A stretch of DNA of 17,578 nucleotides from Candidatus Fervidifonticultor sextus. Lineage in GTDB: Bacteria > Sysuimicrobiota > Sysuimicrobiia > Sysuimicrobiales > Humicultoraceae. A model generated the notes under the pieces. It saw nothing but the letters and a program-made list of their open reading frames with translations, was not told the origin of the DNA and searched no databases. The position numbers and the translations under genes are program-made. Positions 15,918 to 17,578 of the stretch are shown in pieces; positions within the stretch are counted from its first letter, which is position 1; each line of letters begins with the position of its first letter. The stretch lies in NCBI GenBank assembly GCA_031459875.1, contig JAVKHQ010000048.1, forward strand, positions 1-17,578. Reading direction: 5' to 3'.

Positions 15918-15933
15918 GCCGCAACGTTTCGGC
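15918..15933. promoter_or_regulatory. LacI/PurR-family-like operator palindrome
   Basis: GCCGCAACGTTTCGGC is palindromic at 14 of 16 positions with a central AACGTT, 23 nt upstream of the SBP start codon. Confidence 0.55.
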
Positions 15934-15984
15934 GCGCAACAGCCTACACCTTTGACCATCTTGTCCGCCGGGACCGGATTGTGG

Positions 15985-15997
15985 CAAGTATTACTTG
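15985..15997. promoter_or_regulatory. AT-rich palindrome in the divergent intergenic region
   Basis: CAAGTA-T-TACTTG is a perfect 6-1-6 inverted repeat. Confidence 0.4.
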
Positions 15998-16026
15998 AAC
16001 ACCGTCTGATTGGGGAGGGAGTACAT

Positions 16027-16203
16027 ATGCCGGTTCGCACCCAGGTCCGTGATGCCGCGTTGGAGGCGCGGCGCGAGGTGGCGCGGATCGCCAAGGAGCT
16101 GGAATCGCTCTCCAAGTACCCGTCGAGCGAGGACCTGGCCAAGCACCTGAAGGCCGTCGTCAAGCTCCTGGACCGGTTCTTCGAGGAGGTCTCCTGGAGC
16201 TGA
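16027..16203 (+). CDS. Hypothetical 58-aa helical small protein
   Basis: Strong SD (GGGGAGGGAG) 5 nt before the ATG. Third codon positions are nearly all G/C. Sequence MPVRTQVRDAALEARREVARIAKELESLSKYPSSEDLAKHLKAVVKLLDRFFEEVSWS. It fills the gap and stops 3 nt from the convergent SDR stop. Confidence 0.8.
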   Translation: MPVRTQVRDAALEARREVARIAKELESLSKYPSSEDLAKHLKAVVKLLDRFFEEVSWS

Positions 16204-16206
16204 CGG

Positions 16207-16953
16207 CTAGACATAGATCATCTTCACGGTCATCCCGCCGTCCAGCACGAGGTTCTGGCCGGTCATGAAGCCTGACGCGGTCTGATCGGCCAGGAACAGG
16301 CAGGCGGCGGCGACGTCCTCGGGACGCCCGACCCGGCCGACCGGATGCTGGGCGTGGTCCTCGGGCGTCAGTGCCTCCTCATGCGTGTGAATCCAGCCGG
16401 GGCTGATGGCGTTGACCCTGATGCCGTACCGGCCGAGGCTGACCGCCAGCGCGTGCGTCAGCGCCAGCAGACCGCCCTTCGAGGCGGCGTAGGGCTCCCC
16501 GTCGGGTTCCGACATCAGCGCCCTCGTCGAGGCGATGTTGATGATGGAGCCGCTCCCGGCGCGGATCATGTGGGGCACGACGTACCGGGCACAGCAATAC
16601 GCGCCGCCGAGGTTCACCGCGAGCACGCGGGCCCAGACCGTCTCGGCGTCTGCGGCCCCGATGGCCACGAATCCACCAATCCCGGCGTTGTTGACCAGCA
16701 CCGTGGGCGGGCCCAGGTCCCGCGCGACCGCCTCCACCGCGGCCCGGACCTGCGCGCTGTCCGCCACGTCGGCGTGCAGCCCCAGCGCGCGGCCCCCGTC
16801 GCTGCTAATCGCCGCCGCCACGGCGCCCGCGCCGTCCCCGTCGATGTCGAGGAGGCCCACCGCCGCGCCCTCGCGCGCGAACCGCTCGGCGACGGCCCGG
16901 CCGATCCCCCGGGCGCCGCCGGTGACCACGGCACACGCGCCGGCTAACCTCAC
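16207..16953 (-). CDS. Classical SDR oxidoreductase
   Basis: Motifs VVTGGARGIG, LVNNAG, NIASTRALMSEP, YAASKGG, VNAISPGWI and LDGGMTVKMIY. GTG 16953 overlaps the DinB stop (GTGA). Confidence 0.92.
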   Translation of the reverse strand: MRLAGACAVVTGGARGIGRAVAERFAREGAAVGLLDIDGDGAGAVAAAISSDGGRALGLHADVADSAQVRAAVEAVARDLGPPTVLVNNAGIGGFVAIGAADAETVWARVLAVNLGGAYCCARYVVPHMIRAGSGSIINIASTRALMSEPDGEPYAASKGGLLALTHALAVSLGRYGIRVNAISPGWIHTHEEALTPEDHAQHPVGRVGRPEDVAAACLFLADQTASGFMTGQNLVLDGGMTVKMIYV

Positions 16954-17552
16954 GGCGTCAGGATCATCTCCCTGACCCAGGCAGCCTGCCCCAGGTGCCA
17001 GTAGTTGTGCCCCACCGCCAGCCAGTAGAGGAACCATGCCCTGGACTTGCCCTCCCAGAAGCCGGCGAGGCGACCGGCGTTGGGTCCGAAGGCTCCCACA
17101 GCGACGGCCCGCTGGACGGCCGCGGCATCCACGATCTCATCCCAGGCCCGCGGCGGAAGGGCTCGGGCCACCTCGCGGGTCCGCCGTCCCACGGCGACCC
17201 GGTACTCGCGCAGGCTGGGGACGTCGATCCGGACGCTCAGGTCGGCCACCTCGTCATCGCTCATGCCGGTTCCGATGTCGCGCCGATCGACGCGGAGGCG
17301 ACGGGCCCAGTCCCCTTCATCAAGGACCTGCCGGCGGCCGGCCACGATGACGTTGGCGGCGACGTCCTCGCAGCGGGCCATGTGCCAGAGCAGCCAGGCC
17401 AGGGAGTTCCAGCCCCCGGGGCGCAACCGGATCTGCTCGTCGCTCAAGCCGCGCAGGCTCCCGTCTTCCAACGAGAACTGCCCCTCCGCCTCGGCGACCC
17501 TGGCAGAGTGAACGACGGCGTGGTCTCGAAGGAACATCTCGAGCGCGTCCAT
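16950..17552 (-). CDS. DinB/YfiT-like superfamily protein
   Basis: NSLAWLLWHMARCED and C-terminal HNYWHLGQ give the three-His arrangement of DinB four-helix bundles. A GGGGAGG SD lies upstream. Confidence 0.82.
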   Translation of the reverse strand: MDALEMFLRDHAVVHSARVAEAEGQFSLEDGSLRGLSDEQIRLRPGGWNSLAWLLWHMARCEDVAANVIVAGRRQVLDEGDWARRLRVDRRDIGTGMSDDEVADLSVRIDVPSLREYRVAVGRRTREVARALPPRAWDEIVDAAAVQRAVAVGAFGPNAGRLAGFWEGKSRAWFLYWLAVGHNYWHLGQAAWVREMILTP

Positions 17553-17578
17553 CAGGGACCCTCCCCGACGATTTCACC

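Noticed and set aside
15895..16026. Possible TPP or purine riboswitch upstream of the THI5-like SBP
   Set aside because: I found no CUGAGA or other conserved TPP elements, and the space is short. An Infernal/Rfam scan would settle it.
14839..16203. 454-aa + strand ORF
   Set aside because: It is antisense to the SBP gene. Only the last 58 codons, which have their own SD and ATG at 16027, look coding.
1..17578. CRISPR arrays, tRNA/rRNA genes, IS elements, defence genes
   Set aside because: Nearly all of the window is coding, with intergenic gaps of about 130 nt or less. I saw no regular repeats or mobile-element proteins.

Overview
A gene-dense, high-GC bacterial chromosomal segment of mostly metabolic genes. 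On the + strand are the 3' end of an M20-family amidohydrolase and a coupled SDR. A long - strand run follows, read right to left: zincin-like protein, YycJ/WalJ-like MBL hydrolase, MOFRL glycerate 2-kinase, glycogen synthase glgA, GalT-like nucleotidyltransferase, an alanine-glyoxylate/serine-pyruvate aminotransferase split by a 1-nt frameshift near 4305-4310, and lutABC. Next are yjbQ (+) and glpK (-). A visibly lower-GC block (about 12.4-16.0 kb) encodes an NMT1/THI5-type ABC importer and a strongly divergent MTAP-family nucleoside phosphorylase, with a LacI/PurR-like palindrome upstream. The window ends with a 58-aa small protein (+) not called separately by the ORF track, then a coupled DinB-family/SDR pair (-). 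I saw no rRNA, tRNA, CRISPR array, transposase or integrase. The best candidate for an undescribed system is the ABC importer plus atypical phosphorylase. Second is the glycerate kinase-glgA-galT-aminotransferase-lutABC cluster. All family calls come from motif recognition by eye, not database searches.
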